Positions 44,411 to 54,617 of a stretch of DNA of 64,000 bases are shown here, piece after piece. This stretch comes from a virus (lineage: Duplodnaviria > Caudoviricetes): positions 1,375 to 65,374 of the IMG/VR virus record IMGVR_UViG_2816332591_000002. The stretch is one strand, 5' to 3'. A program made the position numbers and the translations under genes. The notes beneath the pieces were generated by a model. The model did no database searches. It was not told the origin of the DNA and saw nothing but the letters and a program-made list of their open reading frames with translations. The stretch's first letter is position 1. Each line of letters begins with the position of its first letter.

Positions 44411-44968
44411 TCAGGCCGCGGCTGTTTCCCACTCGGGCCACTGACATCCGTCGAGGCCGCGGCGGTGAGTGTCAGGGACGACGACCAGAGGCCAGCCCAG
44501 ATGGTGCAGGCCCATCGCCAGCAGGACATAGGCGTCGGCCTGGTCGTAACGGCCCGGCCCGTCGCACTCGACGCCGTAGCGGGCCCGCACAGCGTCCCGC
44601 ACGGCGCCCTTCGCGCCGGACCCCTTGCCGGTGGCGTACAGGGCACGACAGGACGGCGGGACGACCGCGTAAGGGATGTCCCGGCGCCAGCAGGCGTGAC
44701 GGACCATGACCCGCAGGCCGGCCAGATCCTCGTGCCGGTGCGCCACCCCGCCGCCGAACGACGGCCCCTCGATGACCACCATGTCGGCGCCGCGGATGTG
44801 GTCGGCGACCCGGTCGACAATGAAGGCCAGCCGCGGATGACCGCGCACACCCGTGCGGGGGCGGATGGTGTCGGTCCAGCCCTCCCCGGCCACGCCGGTA
44901 CAGGTAAGGCTCAGATCCAGGCCGATCACCCGGGGAACTGCTGCCACGGGGTGCTGCTCGTGCTGCAT
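44411..44968 (-). CDS. RuvC-like Holliday junction resolvase
   Basis: IGLDLSLTCTG, VVIEGPS, YATGKG..AK, DQADAYVL catalytic motifs. Confidence 0.88.
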   Translation of the reverse strand: MQHEQHPVAAVPRVIGLDLSLTCTGVAGEGWTDTIRPRTGVRGHPRLAFIVDRVADHIRGADMVVIEGPSFGGGVAHRHEDLAGLRVMVRHACWRRDIPYAVVPPSCRALYATGKGSGAKGAVRDAVRARYGVECDGPGRYDQADAYVLLAMGLHHLGWPLVVVPDTHRRGLDGCQWPEWETAAA

Positions 44969-44979
44969 CGAAACTCCCA

Positions 44980-47616
44980 TCACGCTGCGGCCGAGACGCC
45001 GAGCCGGTTGAGGATCGTCGAAAACTGGTGCACGGCCTGCAGGTCGGAAACCTCGCCCGCCGTACTGCCGGGCGGCACGGCGATGCCCTTCATGCGGCAG
45101 AACCCCAGCTGCTTCACGCTCGCCGGACGGGCCCGCCACGGCGCCGAACGGCTGGCCAGCCACCGGCTGCCCATCGCCCTGGCCTGCCGCTCCAGCCACG
45201 CCTTCGCATCCGGCAGCGGCAGCGGCTCGTCCTGCTTCGGGCCGACCACACCGCGCTCGGGATCGAAGCGGCGCATCCAGTACGTGCGGTCCACCGGGTT
45301 GCGGACCAGGAAGACGAACACCGCATCACCGGCCGGGATGAACCACACGCCCGAGTCGGTCCGCAGCCAGCGGGCAGTCGACGTGTGGAACAGGTCGAAC
45401 TCCTCGACCTGGACGCGGGAGACGTCCAGGCGGCACCGCGTCTCCTCCTCGGACGCCCGCGCCGCCTCACGCAGCGTCTGCTTCTCGTCGGACACGGTCA
45501 CAGCCCGCCCGGTCAGATCCACGATGGAGGCGAGCTTGTGCCGGGTGGAGGCCCCCATCACGTCGAGGATCAGCGCGTCCGTCTTGCCCTCGGACAGGCG
45601 CAGCGCACGGCCCGCCATCTGGCAGTACAGGCCCGCCGACTTGGTGGGCCGGGCGATGACGGCGCACGACGTCCACGGCGCGTCGAAGCCCTCGGTGTTG
45701 CCCATCACCGTCACGGACCCACGCCGACGTGTGATGATGTTCCGCGTCTCCGTTCGGACGCACCACACCTTCTCGGGCTGCCACGGTGCGGTTTCCTTCT
45801 GGATGCGGTACCGCGGATCCGTGCCGCCCATCCGGTGCTCAGTGCGGGCGTGGAACCAGAGGCGGTACAGCTGCCGATGTCCGTCCCTCGGGGTGTAGTG
45901 AGGACGGTATGAGCAGGCCCACCCCCGGACCGCGGCGATCGCCTGCAGCTTCTCCAGAAGTGGAGACGTGCAGCCGTAGATGGCGAAGCCCTGGGGCAGC
46001 CCGTTCTCGGCCTGGCCGTGGTTCCCGTCGGCGTGCCACAGGCCGGTGAGCAGAGCGTCGAACTGTGGCTTACTCAGATTCCACAAAAGGTCTGACCCGG
46101 ACTTATCCAGGTACGCCTCGAATCGCTTTACTCCGATACGGCGCTGCGACTTGCTACCAGTGCCGCGCGGCAGGGACCAGCGGATGTGCGGGATCCCGTA
46201 GTGCGACTTGTCGTACCGGCGGTGGTCGATGCCCACACGCTGAAGCAGGTCGTCGACCCACTGGACGATCCGCGGGTAGGTGACCGACTGGCTCATCGTG
46301 TACTCGACTCCGCCTCCAGGGCGGTTGATCGAGCCATCACCGAGCCAGAATCCGATGAGGGCGCACTCGTCCGTGGTCAGGTCGACCGGCTGCTCGGGCT
46401 CGGCCATGCCCGTCGTCGGAAGACCGACCAATCGACCCACCAGATCATCAACGGGTGCCTTTTTGTAGGGCCCGGAACGCGAGGTGCGGTACAACATCCT
46501 GTGGCGCCCGGTGACGCGGATGCTGCGGCGTGGCGTCTCCAGAACGTACATGTCCTCGTCTTCGCCGCGGTCGCGCACGACGACTTCATAGGGCTCTTTG
46601 AAGAACACCGACCCTTGGTCCCAGTTGGCGACCCGATGCGCAGTGGTCATTTCCCTGTGGGAGGTCCACCCCTTGTCGGTAAGAACCTCGGTTTCGGTGT
46701 CCAGGCAGAGCACCATGCAGTTCGCCAGCACCTGCACGTCGCCGCTGCGGTAGCGGTCCAGGGCGGCGGCCCGCTCATCGCGGCCCATGTCGCCCCAGAC
46801 GGCCGCCGCCGGGATCCCGGCGGCGGTGAACGCCTCCGCCATGGACTGGGCCGTGGCCACGGTCGGCGTGAACACCACCCCGGGGCGGCCCGCCGCGTGC
46901 TCCTGGTAGGCGCGGGCGACAACAGGCCCTGCGTCGGAGTCCTCCAGGGCCTGGCCGAGCTGGCCGTCCTGTAGGTCGCCGGCACGGGTGCGCACCGCAT
47001 CGAGGTCGAGGCCCTCGACGATGACGCGCTTGCCGCGCACGTCGCACAGGTAGCCGTCCTCGATCATTTCCAGGATGTCGAGGGTGAAGACGACCTCCTG
47101 CCAGACCTCGGCGAGGCCGCCGTCCGCGCGGGTCATGGTCGCGGTGAACCCGGCGACGGGCAGGCCGCGCCAGGCGCCGAAGTGTTCCAGGACGGTCATG
47201 TAGCTGGGGGCGGCGGCGTGGTGGCATTCGTCGACGATGACGACGCCGATGTCCCGGATGGCTTCGCGGCGCCGCTCGACGGCCAGCGTCTGGATGGAGG
47301 CGACGACGACGTCGACGTCCTGGTGCTCGTCGCGCTCGGCCTTGACGACACCGACGCGCAGGTCGGGGCGGACGGCGCGGACCTTGGCGGCGGCTTGGTC
47401 GAGGAGTTCCTCGCGGTGGGCGATGACCAGGGCGCGCTTGCCGTCGAGCTGGGGCAGGAGTTCGCTGATCAGGTTGGCGAAGACGACGGTCTTGCCGGCG
47501 CCGGTGGGGAGGACCACGGCGAGCCGGTTACCGGAGCCCTGCCATCCGGATATCAGGGCCTTGATCGCGTCGCTCTGGTAAGGACGCGGGGCGAACATCT
47601 CGGGCATTTCACTCAT
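44980..47616 (-). CDS. SF2 DEAD/DEAH-box helicase containing an intein
   Basis: LPTGAGKT, VDECHH, GFTAT, VL|TEGFD, QMAGRALR motifs. Confidence 0.92.
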   Translation of the reverse strand: MSEMPEMFAPRPYQSDAIKALISGWQGSGNRLAVVLPTGAGKTVVFANLISELLPQLDGKRALVIAHREELLDQAAAKVRAVRPDLRVGVVKAERDEHQDVDVVVASIQTLAVERRREAIRDIGVVIVDECHHAAAPSYMTVLEHFGAWRGLPVAGFTATMTRADGGLAEVWQEVVFTLDILEMIEDGYLCDVRGKRVIVEGLDLDAVRTRAGDLQDGQLGQALEDSDAGPVVARAYQEHAAGRPGVVFTPTVATAQSMAEAFTAAGIPAAAVWGDMGRDERAAALDRYRSGDVQVLANCMVLCLDTETEVLTDKGWTSHREMTTAHRVANWDQGSVFFKEPYEVVVRDRGEDEDMYVLETPRRSIRVTGRHRMLYRTSRSGPYKKAPVDDLVGRLVGLPTTGMAEPEQPVDLTTDECALIGFWLGDGSINRPGGGVEYTMSQSVTYPRIVQWVDDLLQRVGIDHRRYDKSHYGIPHIRWSLPRGTGSKSQRRIGVKRFEAYLDKSGSDLLWNLSKPQFDALLTGLWHADGNHGQAENGLPQGFAIYGCTSPLLEKLQAIAAVRGWACSYRPHYTPRDGHRQLYRLWFHARTEHRMGGTDPRYRIQKETAPWQPEKVWCVRTETRNIITRRRGSVTVMGNTEGFDAPWTSCAVIARPTKSAGLYCQMAGRALRLSEGKTDALILDVMGASTRHKLASIVDLTGRAVTVSDEKQTLREAARASEEETRCRLDVSRVQVEEFDLFHTSTARWLRTDSGVWFIPAGDAVFVFLVRNPVDRTYWMRRFDPERGVVGPKQDEPLPLPDAKAWLERQARAMGSRWLASRSAPWRARPASVKQLGFCRMKGIAVPPGSTAGEVSDLQAVHQFSTILNRLGVSAAA
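45697..46707 (-). mobile_element. Intein with LAGLIDADG-type homing endonuclease (337 aa)
   Basis: Starts CLDTETEVLT..GW; block B VTGRHRM; LIGFWLGDGS and LLTGLWHADG endonuclease motifs; ends VWCVRT...MGN followed by Thr; removal restores NCMVLTEGFD. Confidence 0.92.
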
Positions 47617-47634
47617 GACGGTCACCTCGGCTCG

Positions 47635-47945
47635 TCGTTGCGGGGTTTTGCGGGGATGCTGCGGGGTTGTCTGCGGGGATGTTGGGGATCTTCCAAACCT
47701 GCTCTGAGCTGGCCGTCTGCGGGGTTTGCGGGAATCTGCGGAATGTTTGGGGGGTCTTCGCATATAGAGACCGGCAACATTCGTGTTGATGCATCACGCT
47801 GCGTGTTGCGCGTGCCGTGTGTTTCGCGATCCCTATATGGGTGAGGTAGCACCACTCCCCGCAAAACCCCGCAACCCCGTATACGTGCAGGTCAGGGCCG
47901 GTTTTTTCGTTGCGGGAAAACCCCGCAGATTGCGGGGTTTTGTCG
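47635..47945. repeat. Iteron-rich putative replication origin
   Basis: About ten TGCGGGG/CCCCGCA-type direct and inverted repeats around an AT-richer core, directly downstream of the Prim-Pol gene. Confidence 0.7.
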
Positions 47946-47946
47946 A

Positions 47947-50625
47947 TCACCGGTCGGTCCCGGTGGCCTCAGTGGCGAGGTGCTGTTCGACGCGCCAGGT
48001 GTTCTGCTTCAGGTGGCTGTCGTAGACCATGACGACCTTGAGGTCCTCGAAGTAGCGGCCCTGCCGCGCCTTCAGCCAGTGGCCCAGCTGCTTCCCGGAC
48101 GGCAGGTCTCCGTTGTGGAGCTGCGGCACGGTGTCCTTCAGGCCGAGCAGTGTCTTCGTGGTGACGGGCTCGCTGCCGAGCTTGTGGTGCCAGTCCGTCA
48201 GGAACGCCGCCCACTCCTGGGCCTCGTCGTCCAGTGCTGTGCTGGCTTCGCCGCGGTCGGCGAGCCAGCCGGGCACCTGGAGGTAGCTGAGGATCCCCGC
48301 GATGACGGAGGCCCACGACGAGTAGTCGCCCATGCGGGTGTTGATGGTCTTGGCGCCGGCGGCGAGCCAGCCGCGGACCATGGTGACGAGGGCGGCGACG
48401 ACGGTGGATGCGTTGTCGGCGAGCCAGGAGCGCAGGTCGCCGACGGTGAAGTTGTCGCGCTGGTCGGGGTTGGGGCAGTCGGGGTCGAGGCGGACCCACA
48501 GGACGCGGCGGAGGTTGTCGCCGCCGGTGCGCAGGTTGTTGCCGGTCAGTACCCACAGCCGGTCGTTCGGCATGGTGACACTGCTGGTGCTCCCGAGGAT
48601 CCTGTCGCTCCATGTGGCGTTCGTGACAAGGGAGGACAGGATGGGGCTCTTGATGATGTGCCCGTTGGGCAGGTTGTCCATGGCGATGACCGGGTCGCCG
48701 CAGTCCCACATCTTCGCCGTGATGGCCTTGCGCAGCTCGGCGTCGTTCTCCGCCCAGGGCGTCTCGGCGAGTCCGTACAGGCGGCCGAACACGTCCTTCA
48801 GGAGGGTCTTGCCGGAGCCCTGTGAGGTGCTGGTGATGACGACGAGCGGTGTCGGCCCCGGGCTGTAGGGCCGGATGATCGGGCAGAGGAGGGCGCCGAG
48901 GTACTGGGCGCGGTCGGAGTCGGCGACGAACGGGAAGTCGGCGAGCATCTGGTTCAGGACGATGGCCTTGGCCCTTGCGACGGATTCGTCGCTGACGTGC
49001 GGGGCGAGCCTGCGGATGGGTGTGCGCGGGTGCAGGTAGAGGCCGGTCGCGCGGTCGTAGCCGGGCGCTTTGACGAGCGTCCCGTCGGGCCGGACCACGG
49101 GAGAGGCGACGATTCCCCGCAGGGGCAGCAGGGGCCAGTCGCGGCGGCCGAGGATCGTGCTGCACGTCTTGGGCATGAGGAGTTCGCGGACTTCCTTGGT
49201 GCCCTCGGTGAACGGGTCTCTCACTACCTGGTAGGTGGTGACGTGGTCGCCGAGGTAGGCGCGCAGGTTGTCGGCCCCCAGTTGCTTGACCAGCGGGTTG
49301 CCCTGGTCGTCCTGGTACACCCAGCAGGGCCCTGTGGACCGCTTGTAGAGGTCGGGGAGCTGGCCGCTGGCCATGATGTCGAGGAGGCCGTCGATGGCGT
49401 CGGCTTCGTTGGTGATGTCCAGTTCGGGCTTGCTCTTGACGATGCGCAGGTCTGGCCCGCCGGCCGCCTCGTGCTCGTCGGGGACGGGCAGGGCGTCGGG
49501 GTCGAGGGCCAAGGAGCCGTCGGTGAAGGGATCGGCCTGACGGGGGACGGAGGACAGGCGCTGGCGCGGAGGCTCGGATCCGTAGCCTTTGCTGCGCAGT
49601 TCGGCGGCGGCGCGCTTGAACGCATCGGCAGTGGTGGCACCTTGGGTGAGCAGGGTGTAGGCGGCGAACTTGTCGTAGGGGGTTTCGGCGTCGAAGACGG
49701 TGGAGGTGGAGAAGACGTACAGGCGGTCGCGGTCGGCGGCGTGGCCGGTGGTGGCCGAGATTCCGCGTGGCTTGTCCTTGCGCCGCCAGTAGGTGGTCCG
49801 GCCGCGGGTGAAGAGCGGATCGAACTCCTCGCCGATGATCTCGGACCAGTCGGCTTCGTTCTCGAAGTCGTCGCCGGGCCGCACGTACCCGGCGGGCAGT
49901 TCCCGCTTGGGCCGCGGCGCGGTCTTGGCCCGCTCTTCGGTGGGCATCGCGTCGTGCGCCCGGCACAGGGCGTACAGGGCGTCGAGGTCGTCGGGGGTGA
50001 CGACGGCCATGGTGGCGGGGTGGCCGGCCAGTCGCAGGTAGGGCTTGCCGCTGGGGTGTGTGGTGCCGTGGGAGGGGGCGATGACGACGAAGCCGCCTTC
50101 GCCGCGGGTCTCGATGAGCACCCGCACGATCTTGGTGTTGGGGCGTTCGGCGAGGCGCTGGCGTTCTTCGGGGGTGTATTCGTCTTCGCGGGCGAGGCGG
50201 CGTGCGAGCTTGGTGTTCCCGGCGGCGGGCCTGCCTTCGACGACGACCTTGTAGTGGACGCCGCCGGAGGGCGACTGGTCGGCCCAGCCGGTGGTGACGG
50301 CCTCCCAGAGGTCGCCGAGCCCGCTGTTGTGGGCGAGTTCGCCGACCTCGTCGAGGACGCCTTCGCGGACCGCGATGCCTTCGAACTCGATCAGTTCGAT
50401 GTTGCCGGAGACGGCGCCGGTGACGATGCCGATGCCGGTGCGGCGGCCGTCGCCGAACCACTGGTCGTGCTCTTCCGGTGTGGACCTGTTCACCTTGTAG
50501 GGGGTCCAGGTGCGGACGTCGGGGGCCTTGGTGCCGTCCGCTTTGACGGGCAGGACGCACAGGCCGGCGTCGTGGAGTTCGGCAGCAGCCTGCCGCAGGG
50601 CGGCTGGCTCGGCGTCCAAGGTCAC
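47947..50625 (-). CDS. Bifunctional primase-polymerase fused to a helicase-like ATPase
   Basis: GIGIVTG, SPSGGVHY, ETRGEGGFVVIAPS (Prim-Pol); QGSGKT Walker A, MDN, LTGNN. Confidence 0.9.
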   Translation of the reverse strand: MTLDAEPAALRQAAAELHDAGLCVLPVKADGTKAPDVRTWTPYKVNRSTPEEHDQWFGDGRRTGIGIVTGAVSGNIELIEFEGIAVREGVLDEVGELAHNSGLGDLWEAVTTGWADQSPSGGVHYKVVVEGRPAAGNTKLARRLAREDEYTPEERQRLAERPNTKIVRVLIETRGEGGFVVIAPSHGTTHPSGKPYLRLAGHPATMAVVTPDDLDALYALCRAHDAMPTEERAKTAPRPKRELPAGYVRPGDDFENEADWSEIIGEEFDPLFTRGRTTYWRRKDKPRGISATTGHAADRDRLYVFSTSTVFDAETPYDKFAAYTLLTQGATTADAFKRAAAELRSKGYGSEPPRQRLSSVPRQADPFTDGSLALDPDALPVPDEHEAAGGPDLRIVKSKPELDITNEADAIDGLLDIMASGQLPDLYKRSTGPCWVYQDDQGNPLVKQLGADNLRAYLGDHVTTYQVVRDPFTEGTKEVRELLMPKTCSTILGRRDWPLLPLRGIVASPVVRPDGTLVKAPGYDRATGLYLHPRTPIRRLAPHVSDESVARAKAIVLNQMLADFPFVADSDRAQYLGALLCPIIRPYSPGPTPLVVITSTSQGSGKTLLKDVFGRLYGLAETPWAENDAELRKAITAKMWDCGDPVIAMDNLPNGHIIKSPILSSLVTNATWSDRILGSTSSVTMPNDRLWVLTGNNLRTGGDNLRRVLWVRLDPDCPNPDQRDNFTVGDLRSWLADNASTVVAALVTMVRGWLAAGAKTINTRMGDYSSWASVIAGILSYLQVPGWLADRGEASTALDDEAQEWAAFLTDWHHKLGSEPVTTKTLLGLKDTVPQLHNGDLPSGKQLGHWLKARQGRYFEDLKVVMVYDSHLKQNTWRVEQHLATEATGTDR

Positions 50626-50715
50626 GGCGTGCTTCTTTCGCTGGTGCGGGTGGTTTGGGGGCGGCGGCCTCGGGGCGGGCCGCGGTGGGCGGGGCGCGGG
50701 GCCGACCGGGGGCTC

Positions 50716-50991
50716 TCACGCGACGTACCAGCTCTCGCGTCGCCGGCCGACGGACCCGTTGGTGTCGCTGGCGTTGGCGGAGCGGCAGCGGTGGTCGCAG
50801 AAGGCGGCATCGGAGCGCTTCCGGAGCCGGCGGTGCGGGCCGCCGCGGGTGGCGCACGGTGCCCCGGCGCGCTGGCAGTCGTCGCACCAGTCGATGGGAT
50901 CGATGTAGTCGCCGCACCAGGCGCAATGGCGGGTGCCGTCGGCGCGGACGACGGCCTGCGCGGCTGCGCGGGAGGCGTACCGGTTTCGCAT
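50716..50991 (-). CDS. Small Zn-finger protein
   Basis: CAWC, CDDC, FCDHRC. Confidence 0.6.
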   Translation of the reverse strand: MRNRYASRAAAQAVVRADGTRHCAWCGDYIDPIDWCDDCQRAGAPCATRGGPHRRLRKRSDAAFCDHRCRSANASDTNGSVGRRRESWYVA

Positions 50992-51242
50992 TACGCCGCC
51001 TCCCGCTGCTGCATCCGCCACCGCTGGCGGGGCGTGGTGCCGCCGCGCACGCCGGCCCGCTGCCGGAAGTGCTGACCGCCCTCTTCCTCCATGGCGGCGT
51101 CGAGGCAGGGCCGGCGCACGGGGCAGCCCGCGCAGACCCGCTTGGCGGCGTTGACGTCGGCGGCGGCGTAGCTCTCGGGCGTGAAAATGTCCGGGGCCGT
51201 CTGGGCGCAGATCGCCTCGTCGCGCCAGGTGTCGGCCCTCAT
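50991..51242 (-). CDS. WhiB-family transcription factor
   Basis: W...AIC, AKRVCAGCPVRRPCL, GVRGG. Confidence 0.9.
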   Translation of the reverse strand: MRADTWRDEAICAQTAPDIFTPESYAAADVNAAKRVCAGCPVRRPCLDAAMEEEGGQHFRQRAGVRGGTTPRQRWRMQQREAA

Positions 51243-52081
51243 GCCGCGGCCCGCATGTCGCGGATGAGGTCGTGGACGTAGGCGGGGGCCATGCCGAGCC
51301 GGGACGCGATCTCGTGCTCGGAGATCCCGAACGAGTCGAGGTACCGGATCTCCCGGCGGCGGTACGCGCTGAGCTGGTTCCGGTTCGGTTCGGCGTCGTC
51401 CCCCATGTTGGGCTCGCATGTGGGGTCGTCGATGTCATCCCAGGCGCCGAGCTGGACCCAGCCGTTGCGCTTGGCGACTCGTCGGGCGACCGCGCGGGCC
51501 TGGGAGGGGATGCCGTACTGCTCGGGCGTGTAGGCGATCAGGCGGCGGCAGCCTGCTTCGACTTTCCGTGCGGTTCCCGCGGTGACCTGGGTCGCGTGGG
51601 CGAGGTCGCCGAGGGGGCGGCTGTGGATGCCGATGACACCGCTGAGGACGGTGAACGGCCAGCCGGCGGCCACAAGGGCCTGGATGCGGCGCCGGGTGCC
51701 GGTGGCGTCGATCCGGGCCCCGTCGGGGATCTTGCAGTCTTCAGGGCGGACGCCGAGAAGCGCTGCGGCGGATTCGGTGCGCAACCGGGCCGCGGGGCGC
51801 TGGCCCTGGACTCCGTACAGGAGGCGGGCGAGCGTCGCGGTGGAGACTCCAGCGGCTGCGGCGATGCTGGGGGTGCTGGCGCCGGCGCGGCGCAGGTCTT
51901 CGACGTGGCGGCGGACGGGCGCGGCATCGACAAGAGGCTGCCAGGTGCCATAGGCGATCCGCCGGTAGCGGATGCGGTTGTATTCCAGCCCCTTGGCGCG
52001 GCAGGGGTGGCAGTTGCAGCCGTGGTGCTTGTGCCGGGACAGGCTGCCGTGCGGCGGCAGCGGCCGGGTCGCGGTGCTCAT
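51239..52081 (-). CDS. Multi-HTH phage DNA-binding protein
   Basis: HGC.C.PC, LVDAAPVRRHV, GTRRRIQAL, WDDIDDP motifs common in actinophages. Confidence 0.75.
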   Translation of the reverse strand: MSTATRPLPPHGSLSRHKHHGCNCHPCRAKGLEYNRIRYRRIAYGTWQPLVDAAPVRRHVEDLRRAGASTPSIAAAAGVSTATLARLLYGVQGQRPAARLRTESAAALLGVRPEDCKIPDGARIDATGTRRRIQALVAAGWPFTVLSGVIGIHSRPLGDLAHATQVTAGTARKVEAGCRRLIAYTPEQYGIPSQARAVARRVAKRNGWVQLGAWDDIDDPTCEPNMGDDAEPNRNQLSAYRRREIRYLDSFGISEHEIASRLGMAPAYVHDLIRDMRAAA

Positions 52082-52362
52082 CGTTCCCCCTTGGCGTTCC
52101 AGATCTGTTCACAGACGGAAAGCGCGGCCTCGTCGTGGCCGGGCCGGGTGTCGACGTCGGCGGGGTCGTCGAGGGGTTCGCGGCCGACGAGGAAAGCCCA
52201 CTCGGAGCCCGCGGCCGGGCGACGTGCAACACGGGTCGCGGCGGCCTCCATGCGCCGAACCAGCGCCTCCTGGCGGCGGACGCCGACCCAGTTGTGTACG
52301 GCGTAGGCGAGGAGCGTGAAGCCCGTCGAGCCCAACAGCAGGGCGACGTTCGTGGCGCTCAT
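52078..52362 (-). CDS. Small membrane protein
   Basis: N-terminal TM; ATGA-coupled. Confidence 0.55.
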   Translation of the reverse strand: MSATNVALLLGSTGFTLLAYAVHNWVGVRRQEALVRRMEAAATRVARRPAAGSEWAFLVGREPLDDPADVDTRPGHDEAALSVCEQIWNAKGER

Positions 52363-52694
52363 GCGGCCGTCCTCCGGCGCGGCGCGTACTCGGCGAGGAC
52401 GTACTGGCAGATCCGCTTGCCGTGGGTGGCGGGCGAGGTGGAGGTGACCTCGCCGACCTTGACCAGCAGCGGGTTCTTGCGGCAGCACTCGGACCGCAGG
52501 TACAGGCCCGCGGCGCCGTGGGCGAGGCTCGGCAGCAGGTCGCGGATCTCGTTCATGGAGAACGGGCGGCCGTCGCTGCCTATGGCCTCTACGGCCTGGC
52601 GGATGAGCGCGGCGTCCCAGTCGGTGACGGTGGCGTACAGGGCGCGCAGTGTCGCGTCGGCCCGGTCGCGAGCCTGCTCGGATGTGATGCTCAT
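52359..52694 (-). CDS. Hypothetical phage protein (winged-helix-like)
   Basis: PFSMNEIR..LP, STSPATHGK motif. Confidence 0.65.
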   Translation of the reverse strand: MSITSEQARDRADATLRALYATVTDWDAALIRQAVEAIGSDGRPFSMNEIRDLLPSLAHGAAGLYLRSECCRKNPLLVKVGEVTSTSPATHGKRICQYVLAEYAPRRRTAA

Positions 52695-52758
52695 GGCGTG
52701 TGCTCTCCTTGGGGTGGCGGCGCCCCGCCTGATGGCCGCAGGCGGGGACGGCCGCTGG

Positions 52759-53718
52759 TTACTGGGACCGCAGGGCGGTGCCGCGGGTGCGGATGTAGTC
52801 GCCGAGGCTGGTGCCGTCGCCGGTGGCGGGGTCGAGCATCGGGGTGGCCTGCAGGCCGCGGGATTCGACTTCGCCGTACAGGGCGAGCAGCCCGTCGTAG
52901 GTGGCGTCGTCGGCGGTCGCCCGGTCGATGTAGGTGGACGGGTCGACGGGCGTCGCGCCGTCGTTGAGCCAGTCCAACAGCGTGGCCGCCAGCTGCTTGC
53001 CGTCGGGCTGCTCGACGGTCTGGCCGTGCAGGGCCGGGCAGCGGGACTTGATGACGGACAGCGTGTTGTTCACGTCCATCTGGGCGACGACGTCGAACTC
53101 GTACTCCACGCCGCGGCGCTGCTCGGGCCGGGTGCCGATCCGCTTCGGCTCCAGAGAGCCGTTGCCGTTGCGCTCCAGGGACCATTCGGTGTGGGAGCGC
53201 ATCGTGGCGACGACGTGGCCGGGATAGGACAGCAGGGCGTCGACCATGGAGTTCTGGAGCGGGGTGCCCTCTTTCCAGCCGCCGAAGGTGTTCTTGCCGT
53301 AGCGCTCCTTGGCGGCCTTGTCGACCTGTTCGAGGGTGCCGTCGGTGCCGGACCAGAAGTGCGAGAGGGAGTCGACGAGGACCGCGCCGTAGCCGGCGGC
53401 TGCCGCGGCGGCCAGGGCCTTGATGAGGTTGCGCGGGTCGAACGAGGTCAGCTGCAGGGTGTCGAAGGAGATGCCGTTGATGCCCGCGTACTTGGAGGCG
53501 GCGCCGCGTTCGGTGTCGATGACGGCGAAGCGGGCGTTGAGGCCGTGAGCGATGCGCAGCCCGGTCCAGGTCTTGCCGGAGCCGGAGACGCCCATGAGAG
53601 CGAAGCGGGCCTTGGCCTTCTCGCGGGTGGCGGGGGCGAAGGAGAAGTCGGCGGTGCCGAAGTCGTCGCCGGCGGGCCGCTGTCGGCGGTTGTTGACGGC
53701 GTCGGAGATGCTGGCCAT
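52759..53718 (-). CDS. AAA ATPase, Sak4-like recombinase
   Basis: GVSGSGKT, VIDTERG, LVDSLSHFW, EYEFD. Confidence 0.85.
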   Translation of the reverse strand: MASISDAVNNRRQRPAGDDFGTADFSFAPATREKAKARFALMGVSGSGKTWTGLRIAHGLNARFAVIDTERGAASKYAGINGISFDTLQLTSFDPRNLIKALAAAAAAGYGAVLVDSLSHFWSGTDGTLEQVDKAAKERYGKNTFGGWKEGTPLQNSMVDALLSYPGHVVATMRSHTEWSLERNGNGSLEPKRIGTRPEQRRGVEYEFDVVAQMDVNNTLSVIKSRCPALHGQTVEQPDGKQLAATLLDWLNDGATPVDPSTYIDRATADDATYDGLLALYGEVESRGLQATPMLDPATGDGTSLGDYIRTRGTALRSQ

Positions 53719-53726
53719 GAAGGCTC

Positions 53727-54617
53727 CTAACGGGCGGGGTGGAGGGATCGGGTGGTGCCGTCGTCGTTGGCGACGCGGTAGGCGATGCGCCGGCCGAGGT
53801 GGACGGCGTTGCGGCCGGTGCCGAGCGCGGCCAGGACGTGGCTCTTAGCCTTGGTGTAGGCGGCATCGGCGGCCCGGTAGTGGGCGCCGGCCTTCTCGTA
53901 CTGCTCGGCGACGGGCCCGGGGATCTCTACGTCTTCGCGGTCGTAGCGGTCGGGCTGGCGGCGCAGGGTGTCGTAGGTGCGGTCGCTGTCGTCGATGTCG
54001 GGCCGGACGCCGTGCCGCACGTCGTGCAGGAAGGTCTGTGCCGCTTCGCGCATCAGCAGGGCGTCGGCCTCGTCGTAGTCGACGTACAGCTCGCGGTAGT
54101 CCCAGCCGCTGATCAGGACAGCGACGTGGGCGCGCTCGCGCAGGCCGAGGGTGTCCTGCTGCCAGATGACCTGGCACCGGTAGTGCAGCGGCACCTGGTC
54201 GCTGCCGTCCGGGCCCCATTCGCCGTCGTCGAACGGGCTGGTCTTGATCTCGACGATGCGGCTGCCGTGGAGCCGATCGGGGGTGGCGCGCTGCCAGGGG
54301 CGCTCGGCGTGCTGCCAGGTGCCGGTCTCCAGGAGCGGGTGCTCGGGGTGGCGTTCGGCGTACTCCTCGGCGACGTCGTCCTCAAAGCGCACGCCCCACT
54401 TGGTGAACGGGTTGGGTTCGAAGGGCGCGACGGGCAGGCCAGCCTTCTTGTGCCACAGCTCGTAGCGGTTGGTCCAGGTGCTGGGGTTGAGGTTCAGCAC
54501 CGCGGCGATCTCGGTGGCGGTGATGCACAGCCCGCCGCGGACCTCCTCCCACTCCGGCGATCCGGGCGTGAAGGTGCCGAGCAGGACGCCGGTCGGGACG
54601 AAGGCCGGCGCGGTCAC
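53727..54617 (-). CDS. YqaJ-like (lambda-type) exonuclease
   Basis: EW...R...ITATE, ATPDR, VEIKT, YRCQVIWQ. Confidence 0.88.
   Translation of the reverse strand: MTAPAFVPTGVLLGTFTPGSPEWEEVRGGLCITATEIAAVLNLNPSTWTNRYELWHKKAGLPVAPFEPNPFTKWGVRFEDDVAEEYAERHPEHPLLETGTWQHAERPWQRATPDRLHGSRIVEIKTSPFDDGEWGPDGSDQVPLHYRCQVIWQQDTLGLRERAHVAVLISGWDYRELYVDYDEADALLMREAAQTFLHDVRHGVRPDIDDSDRTYDTLRRQPDRYDREDVEIPGPVAEQYEKAGAHYRAADAAYTKAKSHVLAALGTGRNAVHLGRRIAYRVANDDGTTRSLHPAR

Noticed and set aside
47969-50926. 985-aa Arg/Pro-rich minus-strand ORF
   Set aside because: Off-frame shadow of the Prim-Pol gene
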